Origin: the human T2T-CHM13v2.0 reference genome, Homo sapiens
Reading direction: 5' to 3'
Length of the DNA stretch: 64,000 nucleotides
NCBI GenBank assembly: GCA_009914755.4
Contig: CP086569.2
Location: 24,832,001-24,896,000, forward strand
Below are positions 42,666 to 60,010 of this stretch, piece after piece. How positions within the stretch are numbered: the stretch's first letter is position 1; each line of letters opens with the position of its first letter. The notes beneath the pieces were generated by a model. The model did no database searches, was not told the origin of the DNA, and was given only the letters and a program-made list of their open reading frames with translations. Made by a program: the position numbers and the translations under genes.

Positions 42666-42936
42666 GGCCACTTACAGTGGCTCAACACTTTGGGAGGCTG
42701 AGGCAGGAAGGTCATGAGGTCAGGAGTTCAAGATCAGCCCAGCCAAGATGGTAAAAACTCCATCTCTACTAAAAATGCAAAAGTTAGATGGGCATGATGG
42801 CAGGCTACTCAGGAGGTTGAGGCAGGGAATTGCTTGAACTTGGTAGGCCAAACAGCAATGAGCTGAGATCACGCCAATGCACTCCAGCCTTGGTGACAGA
42901 GCAAGACTGTCTCAAAATAAACAACAACAAAAAAAG
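42666..42936 (+). mobile_element. Alu.
   Basis: ggccacttacagtggctcaacactttgggaggctgaggcaggaaggtcatgaggtcaggagttcaagatcagcc... Confidence 0.9.
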
Positions 42937-43063
42937 GCATTACGTTTTAGCAAGCAAGTTAATGAAAGCATAACAAATTTGAGTAAATACTCTCCTTCCT
43001 GAATTCCAAAAAACAAAGTACAGAAATAGAGAATAACAATTTCACCTTCAAATGATTGCAACT

Positions 43064-43350
43064 CAGCTGGGCATGCTGATTCACTCTTATAATCCTAGCC
43101 ATTTGTGAGACCAAAACAGGCCGATCACCTGAGGTCAAATTTTGAGGCCAGCCTCGCCAATATGGTGAAACCACATCTCAACAAAAATTACAAAAATTAA
43201 CTTGGTATGGTGGTGGGCACTTCTAATCTCAGCTAATTGGGAGGCTGAGGCAGAAGAATCTCTTGAACCTGGGAGACAGAGGTTGCAATGATCCAAGGTA
43301 GTGCCATTGCACTCCAGCCTGGGCAAAAGATTAAAACTTCGTCTCAAAAA
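43064..43350 (+). mobile_element. Alu.
   Basis: cagctgggcatgctgattcactcttataatcctagccatttgtgagacc...ctccagcctgggcaaaagattaaaacttcgtctcaaaaaaa. Confidence 0.9.
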
Positions 43351-43501
43351 AAGAATCCACTTCAATGTATTCCACAACTAGCTATTCCAGCTGCATAAAT
43401 ATTTACTTTTCAATTTCTGTTAAACTACCTTCCCATATATTTTTAACATCCCTTGTGTAATTCATGCTACTTAGTTAACTTCTCTCAGTCCCTTATGTAA
43501 C

Positions 43502-43789
43502 TTTTTTTTTTTTTTTTGAGACTGGGTTCTCCTCTGTTGCCCAGGCTTGAATGAAGCATTGTGGTTTTGGATAACTGCAACCTCTGCATCCCAGAATCAA
43601 AGGATCCTCCTACCTCAGCCTTCTGAGTAGCCAAGACTACAAACACTGACCACCAAGTTCAGCTACATTTTGTGTAGAGTCGGGGTTGTGCCATGCTTCC
43701 CAGGCTGGTGTTGAAGCTGTGATTCAAATGAATCACCATCTCAGCCTCTCAAAGTGCTAAATCTATAGACATGAGCCACACACCTGGCC
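43502..43789 (-). mobile_element. Alu, antisense.
   Basis: Poly-T start, ...ttgcccaggcttgaatg..., ends ggccaggtgtgtggctcatg (reverse complement). Confidence 0.9.
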
Positions 43790-46571
43790 TCCTTAACTAA
43801 AATTTTGTAAGTTCTTCAGGAAAAAATAATTAAAATATACATTCAGAAATAAAGCCCAAAGGAATAAAATCCCCATGGTTTTTAGTGGTGCTGCTGTCTG
43901 AATGTTTCAGTTTATGAGTCATCATGACTGAGAGTTAGCAAGCTCATATGAACTTGTAAAAGAATGAGACAACCTTCCACTTATGTCTTCACAGAGTAAG
44001 AATTTACTAACTACCTGTCATATATCAAGAAGCATACTGGGAACTAGATATAAAATTTAGACAGATACAGTCCTCATCTCTGAAGACCTCACAGTATAGT
44101 CAGGGAGAAACAATCACACTATGATAGGATAAATTTATAACTGAACTTAATAAAGACCGCATGCAGGAATGAGACCTAAATGAGTTGCTCAGTGGCAGTC
44201 AGGGAAGGCATCTCAGGGGTGACACCAAAGCTGGGCCTTGAATGACACTATGGTTTTATCAGGGAGAGAAGGAGATTGATATTCCAGGTGAGGAAATACA
44301 GGCATGGTGGTTTTTATGAGAAGGACAGTCTTCCTCAAAGACTCAGATCCTCGCAGTTGAATAAACAGAATTCTAGTCGGTCAACTATCTTGAAGCTGAA
44401 GTTACTAGTCTAAACACAATCTAATCATCTCTAAGATCTGTGCATCCAAAATTCAACTTTATAGCTGAAGCAAGCCCTAAATTTCCAGAAATTCTATAGA
44501 AAATTTTAGAGCCGGTGCCCTTAGTATTAAAGAGCTATGTCTCATTGAGAATTTCCAAGCAAGAGTGGGCACTAGGGGGAAGCCTTCCTACTTTTAACAT
44601 CTGTCAGTAGCTGTTGTAGATGTATGTTTGAAATACTGCTGTAAATCCTGTCTCTTCTAAAACACACACTTGGAAAAGGAATAAGATTACCTAAAGGAGT
44701 ATATCCAATCCCACTTGCCAACTAAAGCTCCTTGTCATTCCTCATCGTCTTAATCTCCTTTCCAGTTACTTTCCTGGTGATGAGATCAAATGGCCACATT
44801 GATGACCCTGGGGACTCTGGTGAATCCTTCACCCCAGGAATATTTACTCTTGCTCATTTCCATGGCTCCATCCAATGACAGCGTACTGCTTTTGATTTCC
44901 AGTCTCCACCTGAAACCTCATTCTGCAATTCCGCACTCCTGGACCATCGTTATTCTTGCACCTGTCAGTCTCTTCAGATCTAGTTCCTGATCACTGAGAC
45001 TACCACTTAACCCTCCCTTTCCCCAAAGGTTACCAGCCACCTGCCCTCTCCTCTGCTTACCCTTGCTACACAGGAGAATGATATAATCTTCAATTAAATT
45101 CTCTGACTTTCTCAAGGAAAATGAATTATGTTCTGCAAAGCTCCACTTCCCAAGTATCTCCATCTCTCCACCCTCACTGAAAGGGGCAGCAGAGAGAGAC
45201 CCTTAAAATTTCTCCCTAGATCTAGAACAGAAAACTCAACTATAAACATGTGGTTTTATCTCTCTCAATCCCAGGTTACTGTAACCAAAGCTGGGCCATC
45301 AGTACAGGTAACCACTCTGCTCTGCTTTAAAGAGCTGTTCTTACCTTACCCACATGAGCTACTCTGCACCTCCGAGCTGCTCCTAAAACTCATGACCTAT
45401 CTTCTTAATTGGCCTGAGACGATGAAGCATTTTTATGGTGTGTTTCTCATAATTACAAGTTGACTGGTCAACTCTGCAATGCTTTCCTTTCCACTAGTCT
45501 CGAAGGACACAAATCTATGTATCCTTTTCAAGGTCCATTGTCCTTGTGTTTTTGCACTCTTAGCCACAGTCCGTACCGCTCCTCTGGGGCCTTGTTCCAT
45601 CAGTTGCAACATCTCATTCCTGGATCTTGAGTCAACCCAGTAATAACTGTAGGAAATAGCCACCCAGTAAAATATTCATAAATACCACCTCTTGGTTCTT
45701 TTGATTTCTCTCAAGGATACACTTTTCCTGAAGACTGAGGGCTTCAGATTCTGCTTGACAAGCTCTCTCAGAATCACTTCAGAACATAGCTAATTCCTTC
45801 TCATACTCTCTTATCACTTCCATAAAACTTCAACTGCAAATTGATTACAAAAATATAAAAGTCCCAATCATTATACTATTAGAAAAGCAACAGTTCCTCT
45901 CTCCACCGCTAGGCTCCATATCAATGCTCTGTCCAAATATGTTATATTTATTTAATCTACAGTTTTATATCATTTACTGTATTTGTAGGACTCAATCAAA
46001 AGGGATAAACAAATCTCATAAGAAAAAATTGATATGCGCAACAGTGAAGTACCCTATTTTTTATTAAAAATTCCAGGTATTTTTTTAACATACCTAAGAG
46101 TAAATCTTTAGATGACAAACAAAAATATGACTCTTGTTAACTGTAACAAGATACAGATTACGTTTTGACACATTTCTGCCAGAAGTTGTTTTTCTATTTC
46201 TCTCTTATATTCATTTAGCTTTACTTCTAAAGACTCAAGCTTTATATGCTGAGGATAAGCATCTGCCAATTGATCAAGAAGCTGAAGGTTCTCAACTATT
46301 AAAAAGTAGCAGGCCAAATTAGGACACAGAAGCATGGTCAGGTGTGTAAGAGGCCAGATTTCTGGTTCGAAAGTAAAAAGTATACTTAGGGGAACCTATC
46401 GCTGCCTGCAATGTACTTTGAAATACAAAAAAATGTAAGATGAATAGATGCACAGATTAAAATGATAAAGCCTATATAACACAAATGTATTAGTAGAATC
46501 TAGGTGGTAGGTGTGTAAGTGTTGACCAGAATTGTTTCAACTTTTCTGTATGTTGAAAATGCCCAGGAATT

Positions 46572-46745
46572 TACCACCATGCACCAGGCCCAGCTAATTT
46601 AATTTTTTTTTTTTTTTTTGGAGACAGAGTCTCGCTATGTTGCCTTCCCAGCTGATTTCAAACTCATGGCCTCAAGTGATCCTCCTTCCTGGGCATCACA
46701 GTGTGCTGGGATCACAAGAATGAGCCACTTTGTCTGGTTATAGCT
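46572..46745 (-). mobile_element. Alu fragment, antisense, with an internal poly-T.
   Basis: ...gcccagctaattt...ggagacagagtctcgctatgttgcc...tgggatcacaagaatgagccac... Confidence 0.7.
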
Positions 46746-47594
46746 TTTAAGAATAAATCTTTAAAAAGTCTTTCCCAAGCATGATACAAAACCTGAAAGG
46801 AATAAGGAGTAATATTTATCAATCTCACTACATGTAAATAAAAAATTTACATATGGCATAAGATAAATATAAATAATACACTGGAAAAGTAGTTGCAATA
46901 ATATGGAGGCATAACCAGGACTAAAGTGATGACATTTTAATATTGTTAAACAGCTCTTACAAATCAGTTAAAATAAAAAAAGCAAAACTGAAAAATGGGG
47001 GAAAACATGGCCAGATTGTAGGAAAAATAAAAAGTAAAATGGCTCGAAGATGAGCAAGATTATCAGATGTTGAATAAACATGAAGAAAATCATAAATGCA
47101 AATTAGTAAAAAAGAAACCATTATTTTCCCTGTAACACCACTAAGATTAAAACTTTGTTAACGCTAATGTTGGCAATGGAGTGGAAGTATAACTGTGCTG
47201 ATACACTTGGAAGAGAAATGTGTCAGTGCTTATATATATTCAAAATGCAGGTGCCTTTTTATCTACTCATTCCAATTCTATGAATTCACACAGCTATATT
47301 TGTACAAGCACATAAAGGGTGCACACTGTATATTGGTTACCTCTATTGGGAAAAGGCAAACAAGAAGACAGCTAAATTTCCATCAGTAGGGGGTTAAATA
47401 TTTACTTTAAAAATAATTAGTCTCAATATACTGCTACAAGTAGATATATTGGTGGATAGAAAAAGCAATCTGCCTACAGAATCTATAATATAATTTTATT
47501 CAATGTGTGTTTTAATTAGAAATACATAGAGTTTTAAACACAAACAATTCTACAAAAATAACCAAGAAACAAAATTATTGAAATTCTAGTTATC

Positions 47595-50279
<2,685 letters not shown>

Positions 50280-52059
50280 AAATTCTAGTTATCAGTGGTG
50301 AGTGAGATTAGACAAAATGAGCAGAAATTGCTAGTTTCTTTTCACTTTATATCCTTCTGAATAGCCTGAAACTTTGTTTTAAACCGGAAGCATAAATTCT
50401 TTAGAAATCTTTAGTTTCTTGAAACTAAAATCATTAGTCAGCTCAACACCTTATCCCCATCCCCATCCTCTAAGTGAGGGGATTACAGTTAGATTGTTTT
50501 GTCACAGTCTGCATTCCATGCAGAAATCATCAGACCAAAATTTGTGAACATTAATGTTTACTCTTGGTGATGTAAACTTTATGGGTTTTGACAGTGGGTC
50601 ACTTTCATTCTCTTAACAGTGTCTTCCAGAGTGATGCTTTTAATTTCAATTAAGCATCTATTTGTTTTTTCATTTATCTTTTATATGTCATATATCACAA
50701 AACTCAGGACCACATAGACTTTCTCTTGCTTTTACCTGGAAATTTTATAGTTTTGCAATTTGCATTTAGGCTTATGGTTCATTTCCCTGCGTATGAATAT
50801 TCAATGGTTCCAGAACCACACTTTGAAAAGACTATCTTTCCTCTATTGAATTGCATTGCTCCATTGTTTGAAAAATCAATTGACAATATTTGTGTGAATC
50901 TATTTCTTGATTCTCTATTTCTGTTCCCATTGATGTATGTGTCTATTCTTTGCCAATTATAGATAGAATTTTAAGTTTCTAAAAGCAAAGGGCCAATGTC
51001 CAAATTTTCTTTCCTCATCCAAATTTTGTGCATATCACTATCTGTGTATCTTTATCTCTCAAAGGAAATATTAAGAGTGGGAAGAATGGGTGACTAGAAT
51101 CTAGGAGGTGAGTATTGTGACTATTCAACAGCTTAACATCCCCTGAGTGTGGGTATAGTAGGATAAGATAAGATCACAGGTGTCTGAGTCAGGGCACAGA
51201 ACAGAGTTCTGTACAATATATCTTCCTATAAGTTTTCTGTTGTTTAATTGGAAGCCACCACTTTTTAAAACAATTTTGTTTTACCGGAAACTATTTTATT
51301 GTTAGCTAAGTGTTCTATCCAGATTTTGGTACGAGGATGACTCATATGTTTCCTACTCATCATTTTTCTGACTTTCGGAAATTTTACCAGGATGCTAGGT
51401 AAAGCCGGTAAGGTTTGACAGTCAGACGTTTTTGTAAACCAGATATAGTCAGAGAGACTGTGTAAAGATGGAAAAACTATTTTTAAGGATAATGTAATAT
51501 AGTAAGTATATAGATTCTTTCATGTTGGGGGCTCAGTCAGGCTGGTGGGAAAAATATTAGATAGTTATAGTAATAGCCACAAACCATCTTGGAAGGTCAG
51601 AGAGTTAGCATAACTTCAGTTATAGATATGGTTGAAGGTGACCTGCTTTACCTTTAGTTAAATAAATTAAAGTAATAACAAATGAATGTGGCGAAGTTAT
51701 CTAGCTAGCTTGTTTACTCACGTGGTCTTAAGACTAACCTTTGATATACCATGTGTGCTTAAGTGCTTTCCACTCGCGAAGTCCACAATGTCAATTACCC
51801 CCTAGTTTCACTGACTCAAGTCTTTGTCAATTAAACTTTACCGATAAATGCGAGTCTCAATAGCTGGTCAGGGCCACAGTTGCAACTGTTCACAAAGCTC
51901 TACTGGAGTCTGTAAGTGGCTCAGAAACCCAGCTTCGGCTGGACTGGCAATGCAGAATATCTGTGTGTCAGTGTACTTCATGCATCCATTGTGGGGTCAA
52001 ATGTCTGCAAAAGACAGATCCTCGAAGCTGGTGTCACCATGTAAAAAGTGCTACAAGAG

Positions 52060-52270
52060 CTTCCTTTATTTTCTTTCTTTATTTTTTCCTTCCTTCCTTC
52101 CTTCCTTCCCTCCTTCCTTCCTTCCTTCCTCCCTCCTTCCCTTGCTGCCTTCCTTGCTTCTTCCCCTCTTCTTTCTTTCTTTTCTTTTCTTTCTTTCTTT
52201 CTTGTCTTTCTTTCTTGTCTTTCTGTCTTTTTTATTTCTTCTTTCTTTTTCTTTTTTTTCTTTTCTTTTC
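52060..52270. repeat. (TTCC)n/(TTTC)n microsatellite running into the poly-T of an antisense Alu.
   Basis: Direct reading. Source of the ORF artefacts at 51848-52525. Confidence 0.95.
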
Positions 52271-52590
52271 TTTCGTTTTTTTTTTTTTTTTTTTTTTTTT
52301 TTTTGGTGGGGAGTAAAATGGCATCTAGTTGTGTCACCCAGGCTGGAGTGTAGTCATGTCATCTCAGCACACTACAAACTTCACTTCCCAAGTTCAAGTG
52401 GTTATCATGCCTCAGCCTCAAGAGTAGCAGGGATAAAAGGCACTTGCCACCACACCTCACAAATTTTTGAATTTTTGGTAGAGATGGGGTTTCACTGTTC
52501 TGCCCAGGCTGATTTAAAACGTTAGACCTTCAGTGGTCCTCCTCCTTCAGCCTCCCAAACTCCTGGGATTGCAAGCATGAGGCATTGTTC
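52270..52590 (-). mobile_element. Alu, antisense.
   Basis: Poly-T, ...tgtcacccaggctggagtgtagt..., ends gggccaggaacaatgcctcatgcttg (reverse complement). Confidence 0.85.
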
Positions 52591-54597
52591 CTGGCCCATA
52601 CATTATTCCTTAATATCACTTGAAGCCATACATTTTCTTTTGAAGTAACAATTAAGTAATAGATACCTGCTATATACTTTAGAATTATGCTGTTCATTAT
52701 GGTAGTCACTGTGCATATGTAGCTAATTAAATGTAAGTTAAAAATTTATTCAGTTATATTAGCTACATTTCAGTTGCTCAATAGCCACATGAGACCAACA
52801 GTTACCACATTAAACAGTATAGATAAAGACATCTCCACCATCACAAAGAGTTACTCTGGATCATGCTTAGAGCACAGAATATAGAATCACTTACCATACT
52901 GAATTTCAGTAGGGATGGTCTAGTGTGCAGGCAGCCTAGAAAGTCTTGTTGTTCAATTTGTGTATCTTCTGCTAACATTATTACAATGAAACTTGGCAAT
53001 TAAGTCACGGAGTCAATGGCTGGCAGAAAGTATGTACTCAAATGATTAAGTTCTGAATCAATGGATGAATGAATAAATGTCTCTGTCAGGATGATAGAAA
53101 TGCATGCAACAGACAAAATCCCAAGGGGGTAGCAACACAAAAAGAATATTACTAATTCACAGATTATTTTAAAAGACCTAAGGGATAACTTAGAATAAAG
53201 TGCAAGTTGCCAGCTTATGTTTATGCTACAAAGCCCATTATCAAGTCTAACCAATGATCTGGAACCCACAGTAGTTACAAACTTCATAAAAGTTTTATAT
53301 AAAGGCCAAAATTTAGTCAACTAATCAGATCTGTGCAAACATTTAAGAATAAAAGTAATATTACATATTACTAAACATGTATTTTCTTCTTTAATGACAT
53401 ATTAATACATTTAATACTCTATCAGTTGTACATGAGAGGCATACTTAGTATACAAGACAATTGGCTTAAAAGTCAGTTTTTTGAGGGTTTTTTTTTTTTT
53501 TAGAAATGTTCCCAACAGTGGATATTTTTACAAACAGTATCTTTCAGTGTCTGTAGGACCCTTGGTACTGTCTGAAGTTTTCTTATTTGACTATATAAAA
53601 GTTATTACAAAAATGAAAATATGGGAACTGCAGAACATGTGAACTATTGTTTAAAAAGTAAGATATGGTCAGCAGGAAAAACATGTAATTTAAATGAACT
53701 TAAATTCCTTACTCTTCTTCCTCAAAATTAGCTTAATTCTTTTATAAGAAAAAAGTACTAGAAAAATTTTGCAATAGTTTACAAAGTTGCATGCTTCTAC
53801 CTTTTTGATTTTCTTTATGAAATCCTGAGACCTGTTAAAAAAACCATTTTACCTTTATAAAGCTATTCACTTATCATTAACAAACCAAAGTAGATTATAG
53901 AAACTAAGTAATCTAACAATGATTTGTAGAAACTGGAAGTAGGGTGATTTTTTATTGAGTGTAATCAATACTGCAAAGTAAATACCTTAAAAAAATAAAA
54001 GGTTACTAATCAGACATAGTTTTATAGCAGTGTTTAAATGAAACAATATAATATGTTTATGAATATGAGATTAAGAGACAACTTTCAGAAAAAATAAGAT
54101 TATGACCATGCTAACAAAGCAAAATTAAAGCTCTTTCTTACACTGTTAAATTACAAATCATATTGAGGTCAAAATAATAAAAAATTTTTCTTGATCATGT
54201 ACTTAACCTCTAAGTATTTCACATCAAAGGTCATTCAGTTACAATTTTTTAAAAGTAGTGTTTAAAAATGTAAACAAACTAAATTTTCACTGTCCTTAAA
54301 ATCATAATTAAACTGCACTTACAATACTGTTAAACAGACATTTTGGACAGCTGTTTATATATATTCCTACTGCAGTATGTATCAGTAATTATGTCAACTC
54401 TGAGAACACTGACGTGTTTTCAGCTGGATTTCCTTTAAAGAAAATATTTGAGTGGGTAATTTATATTAGCAGAAGCCATTAAGTTGTTTGAGTGGGATTA
54501 ATTCCTGTTATAACCATTATACAATTGGTAAATACACAATAAGTAGAAGTATAGAGTGATTAGAAAGTTAGAGAAAGATGTATCAAAAATGAATTTC

Positions 54598-54885
54598 AGG
54601 CAAGGCACAGTGCCCCACAGTTATAATTACAGCACTTGGGCAGGCTAAACGGGCAGAATACATGAGCTCATGATTTGAAACAACACTCACCACCATACAA
54701 AACCCAGTCTACCAAAAAAAAAAAAAAAAAAATAGCAGAAAGTGGTGTGCACCTGTAATCCCAGCTGCTTGAAAGTGTGTAGTAGTATAATTGCTTGAAT
54801 CTGGGAGCAGATGTTGCAGTCACCTGAGAATATGCCATTGCACTTCAGTCTTGATGACAGAGCGAGACCCTGCTTCTAAAAATTA
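54598..54885 (+). mobile_element. Alu with a long A-rich mid-linker.
   Basis: ggcaaggcacagtgccccacagttataattacagcacttgggcagg...ccaaaaaaaaaaaaaaaaaaaatagcag...gagcgagaccctgcttctaaaaa. Confidence 0.85.
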
Positions 54886-54984
54886 AATATGTATACAAAT
54901 ACATTCATATTGCCGGTAAGTAAAATTTGGTTGCTCATGAAGAAACTCAGCATACTTAAAGTTTTCATTCAAATACTGTACTAA

Positions 54985-55277
54985 GGCCAGGCATTGTGGC
55001 TCACATCTGTAATTCCAGCACGTTTGGAGGCCGAGGCAAATGGATTACTTGAGATCAGCAGTGTGAGACCAACCTGGCCAGGATGGTGAAAACCCACCTC
55101 TACTAGAAATACAAAAATTAAACAGGTGCTTGGGCAAGTACTTGTAATCCCAGGTACTTGGGAGACTGAGACAGGATAATCACTTGAACTCGGGAGGTGA
55201 AGTTTGCAGACCAAGATCATGCCACTGCACTCCAGCCTGAGCAACAGAGTAATACTCCATCTCAAAGAAAATAAATA
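54985..55277 (+). mobile_element. Alu.
   Basis: ggccaggcattgtggctcacatctgtaattccagcacgtttggaggccgaggcaaatgg... Confidence 0.9.
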
Positions 55278-56394
55278 TGATACTAAGCTTCTCGTGTTCT
55301 TAAAACTTTGGAATAGGAAATCTTTATATAATTATAGACAACATAAAGAAAGTAAAAAATATATACACACCACCAAGAGTGAAATTTAATGTTAACTATA
55401 GATTTTGGGCAATAATGACATGTCAAGGTAGTTTTATCAATTGTAGCAAATGTACCACCTTGATGCAAAATGTTGACAGTGGGAGAGACTGTGCATGTGT
55501 AGGGGCAGTGGGTGTGTAGGAATTCTTTGTACATTTCCATCAACCTCACTGTGAACTAAAAACTTCTCTGAAAAGCAAAGTCTATGAAACATGCACACAC
55601 ACTCACACACACATGCACATATATTTACAGGGAAAAGTTTGCTGCATCTACCTTTAAAATAATAAAGTGGGATGAATGTTCACAATAACGATGAAGAAAT
55701 ATAGTTAAATAATTAGAAATATACTAAAAATAGAATGAAAGTCTTTTTATTATTTGGAAACTTTACAGGTTTTAAGAATTAAATCATTTAAGTTACTTAA
55801 TTCACTTCTCCACAGCCTGGTTCCTCATCTGTGACAGACAAAACATCTGTTGTGTGTATATCACAGTGCCAAGCTCAGAGCAGACATTCAGCAGGTTGGC
55901 AGAGTCTTATCAAACAACACAGAATATAGATAAATCAATTTTAGCTCTTAAACATTTAGAGATTGTAGATCACAATTTTACCAAAGACTAAATATGATAC
56001 CAAGAAATCAATTTCAAATTTACTACCCACTTGTTATATAACAAATGCATCATATGCAGGTACAATGTAAACTCAAAGAGGAATGAGAAATGGACCTAGT
56101 TTAAAAGCAATCCACTATAATGCAGCATGTTACAGTCAGCGAAGAAGAAACTGTCAATAAAAAGTTCAGAAACAGAAAAGGAAATATGTTAGCTTTTATT
56201 TTGCTGAACAATTTCTGGAAATAAAACAGAAAGTGAATAGTCATAGCAGCATCTTTGTAAGTTATCAGCCACTAAAGAGTTAGAGGCTGGTAGTAAGAGG
56301 GAGTTCCTTTGACATGAAATGGACTGAGGTTGCAATTCTCCATTCAACACAGGGTGCAACCACTCATGAATTAGCTGGTTTTGAGTTTGCGTCT

Positions 56395-56680
56395 TGCAAG
56401 AGAGCAAGGAAGGAAGGAAGAAAGAAAGAAAGGAAGAAAGAGAAGAAGGAAAGAAGGAAGGAAGGAAGGAAGGAAAGAAGGAAGGAAGGAAGTGAGGGAG
56501 GGAGAAAGGAAGGAAAGGAGAAAGGAAGAAAGAAGGAAGGAAGGAAGGAAGGAAGGAAGGAAGGAAGGAAGGAAAGAAGGAAGGAAGGAATAAAGTGAGG
56601 GAGGGAGAAAGGGAGGAAAGGAGAAAGGAAGAAAAAAGGAAGGAAGGAAATAAAGAAGGAAGTCAGGCAAGGGAAAAAAA
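56395..56680. repeat. (GGAA)n/(AAGG)n microsatellite, about 285 bp, with GAGGGAGGGAG interruptions.
   Basis: Direct reading. Source of the ORF artefacts at 56314-56726. Confidence 0.97.
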
Positions 56681-58469
56681 AACTCAGTACGATTGTCTCA
56701 GAAGAGATATACCAGATGTAGTACATTCATTAGACAACTCCCTTTTATTTCCATAATGTTTCTAGATCCATGACCAGAAATTAGGAACCCTCCCCTGCAC
56801 AAGTGAGAAAAGAAGGCCAGTGTGTTCTAGAAAAATATTTCTTTCCTCAGCTTCCACGTGAAACTGGTGGTTAACCAGACCCATTTGCAGACTCTTCACT
56901 TCACTTCCCTAGAAACCCATTTCACCAGCTTACACTTGGGATATGAAGTATAGGAAAAAATTCTGCCAGTTCATCACACCTTGTGGAATGCTGGAAAATA
57001 TAACCAAAATATTCAACAACAAGGGACTGCTATGTATGTTACAAAAATTTCCAAAGATCAGCCTGTTGCCACTAAGAAGGGGCATTTCAAGAAACTTTTA
57101 AGGAAACAGAGAAATGCTCACACCATATAATTTAAATTTCAAGCGGATATATACAGAGCATATATACATTTTTAAACGTAAAATATGCCTTTGAAATGCA
57201 TATTGCAATGAAAACACATTGAGCTAACCCAATTCCTAGCTGTTAATCCAAATATAAACTATACTACCAGATATGTGCTGCTCAAAGGAAATATTCAGGC
57301 ATTTCACTATAGTTTAAAGATGAAAGTATTCGTTCCCCAAACTATTAAAATAGTACACTAGTATTTTCTATATAGTGTTAATGTCCCTCATCCAAATGTA
57401 TTACAAACCCTTTTGTTAGTTTAGGAACCTGTAAGCCAATTTATAAAACAGGCCCAATCTTATTAAAATGTGATCATTACACAAATGCTTTCTACTCCTT
57501 ATTGTCATCTCAATTATTTATTTGAATATTCTCCTTTAATGTGACTCAAATGCAACATTTTCTCAGTGGTTTCAAAGAGACTGTAATATTTCATTATAGA
57601 GTATCAAAACTGAAAATCACTGGGTGAATTTAAATGTGAACTACCTGTTACAGGTTACACTTTTAAAAGATATGGAACAGATAAACCTAAATCCGACACT
57701 TTGAGTGTGCCCAGTACACCCCAATCCTTCAACATTTGGTGTCGTTTTTTGCACAGCTCATCTTAACTCAACACATCACACATAGGGAGCAAGTTGGACT
57801 AGAAGACAAAATGGTTACAGCTTACCTGGGGGGTAGAGGGAAGGTGGACTACTGAAAAAAGACCAGTGGCCTCTGGGGAAGCCCCGAATGTCCTAGTGGG
57901 GAAAGAGGTTTTAAGGAACATCAAGGAGACTTCATTTCCACCTGTCCCCGATGAAGGGCAGTTGTGTATTCCTGAGTCATCAGGTGCCAGCTTTCTCCCA
58001 TCGTCAGCTTCCTCCCAAGTCTCCTCACTCACCCGGCCATATATATAACCGTCCAATTCTAAATTTAAAACCGCCAGCTGTGCCTTGATTTTCTTTATAA
58101 AATGTAGTTCTGTGTAGCTACCTCCTCAGGGCCTCTGGGACAAGTGTTCCTTGGAGATTCTTCAAAGGACCCTATTTAAAGCAATGGAAAAATTGAGCAG
58201 ACCATGAATACACACTCATGCCAATGCAGGTATGTCAGTCATGGCAGCTGTGCCTTGATTTCCTTTATAAAATTTGTCATTCATTAGCAAGTACATATCA
58301 TGTTTCTTCTGATTTCATTGTGTGTATGTGAATCAGCTGAAGGCCCGGTGAGGCTTCATGAGACTTGTCTTCTAACCCACCTCAGATGTATCTTCCAGGG
58401 GTTTGACTAACTCCTTGTTTACTCAATTTCCACCCCATGTTGAGAATTTTACTAGTCACCACATATCAG

Positions 58470-58700
58470 TATGAATTTGGCCTTCCATGTTATTCTAGAT
58501 AATATTAATTGAGCATGTCCTGTGAGTCAGACATTGTGCTGGGTACTTTACTGGAAGGTGTTACAAAGTTACCACTATTCCATAAAGGAGAAGACCAACA
58601 ATAGATGATGGGCTCCCTCTGGTCACATTGCAAGTAATTAGCAGAGCTATCTGGAACCTAACTTCCTTGGATTTTAAATCCCTTGTGTTAAAAGTACACA
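58470..58700 (-). mobile_element. MIR-like ancient SINE fragment (tentative).
   Basis: attgagcatgtcctgtgagtcagacattgtgctgggtactttac resembles the reverse complement of the MIR 3' region (...cagtgcctggcacatagtaggcgctcaataa...). Weak and diverged. Confidence 0.3.
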
Positions 58701-58844
58701 CAGTTGGGTTACCATTGATTATATCCACCCACGTTCCCACCCATCCATTATTCATCTATATTTTAATTATCTGCACTAGAAGAAATGAAATCGCTTATAT
58801 TTTCCCCAGTTTCTCATAGATTTATTTCTTTTGTTAATCTGTTA

Positions 58845-59140
58845 TTTTTTTTTTTTTTTTTTTTTTTTTTTGGTCAGGGTATTTCAGCTTACTGCTGCCT
58901 TGAGCCCTGCTGGGATCAGGTGATTCTCCCCTGTCAGACTCCAGAGTAGCTGGGACTACAGGCACACACCAACTCACCCAGCAAGTTTTAGTATTTCTGT
59001 AGAGATGTATTTTTTGTAGAGATGTATTTCTTCTTTCATGTTGTTGCCTTGGCTGGTCTCAAACTCCTGGGCTTAATCAGGCTGCCTGCCTCAGCCCTCC
59101 AATGTGCTGGAGTTACCGGCATGAGCAATCACACCTGCCC
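58845..59140 (-). mobile_element. Alu, antisense, with a short internal duplication (gtagagatgtatttt twice).
   Basis: Poly-T(26) start, ...ggtctcaaactcctgggct..., ends ggggcaggtgtgattgctcatgccggtaac (reverse complement). Confidence 0.9.
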
Positions 59141-59848
59141 CAATCTGTTAAACTTAGTTTTAAGATCTCTCAGTGCCTCAGAATGTTTTCCTTTATGGAT
59201 TATTTATTCCATCTTTTATAGAATACGAAACTTTCTTTCTTAGAAATTGGCGTATGACGAGGCATATCATAGTCTCTTTTATTAGCAAAGACATATATTT
59301 ATAGCACACATAGTTCAGGGAGAAAGAAGACAAATGGAGCACAAAGGGCTACATTGCCTCTCTTTTCTCGGTGAGTGACATGAGGGACAGTTGGTTTTAG
59401 CTTCCGCCAACGGATGTCTTATGGAAATTTCTAAGGCAAGCTAATTAATTCCTTCATCTTCTCACCACTCTATGGTCCTTAACTTACCGTCTACCTCTGT
59501 TAAGCTTTTTTTAAGTGTCAGTGCTTCTGCTAACGGGTCCAGTCCAAGTGAAGCCTAGCTTACTCCACCAGACACTCAGGATCCCTTGAGCTGAATGTGC
59601 CGTGCTTTCAGATCATGAGAATGTTGTCTGTGATTTTATCTCAGAGATCTTTTAGTTTTCGTATGGAAACACATAAGATTCTACAAGAAATACCACAGTT
59701 ATATGCTTTGTTTATTCCAGAAGCCACATATCTTCACTAGTATGCGGGAAATGGTGACAAGTTTAGTGGCATCATTCAGGTTTAAGTTAGAAAGCAAAAC
59801 AGAAGAATTTTACACTTCTCATTAGTCACATTTAAATTTCAGTATTGA

Positions 59849-60010
<162 letters not shown>

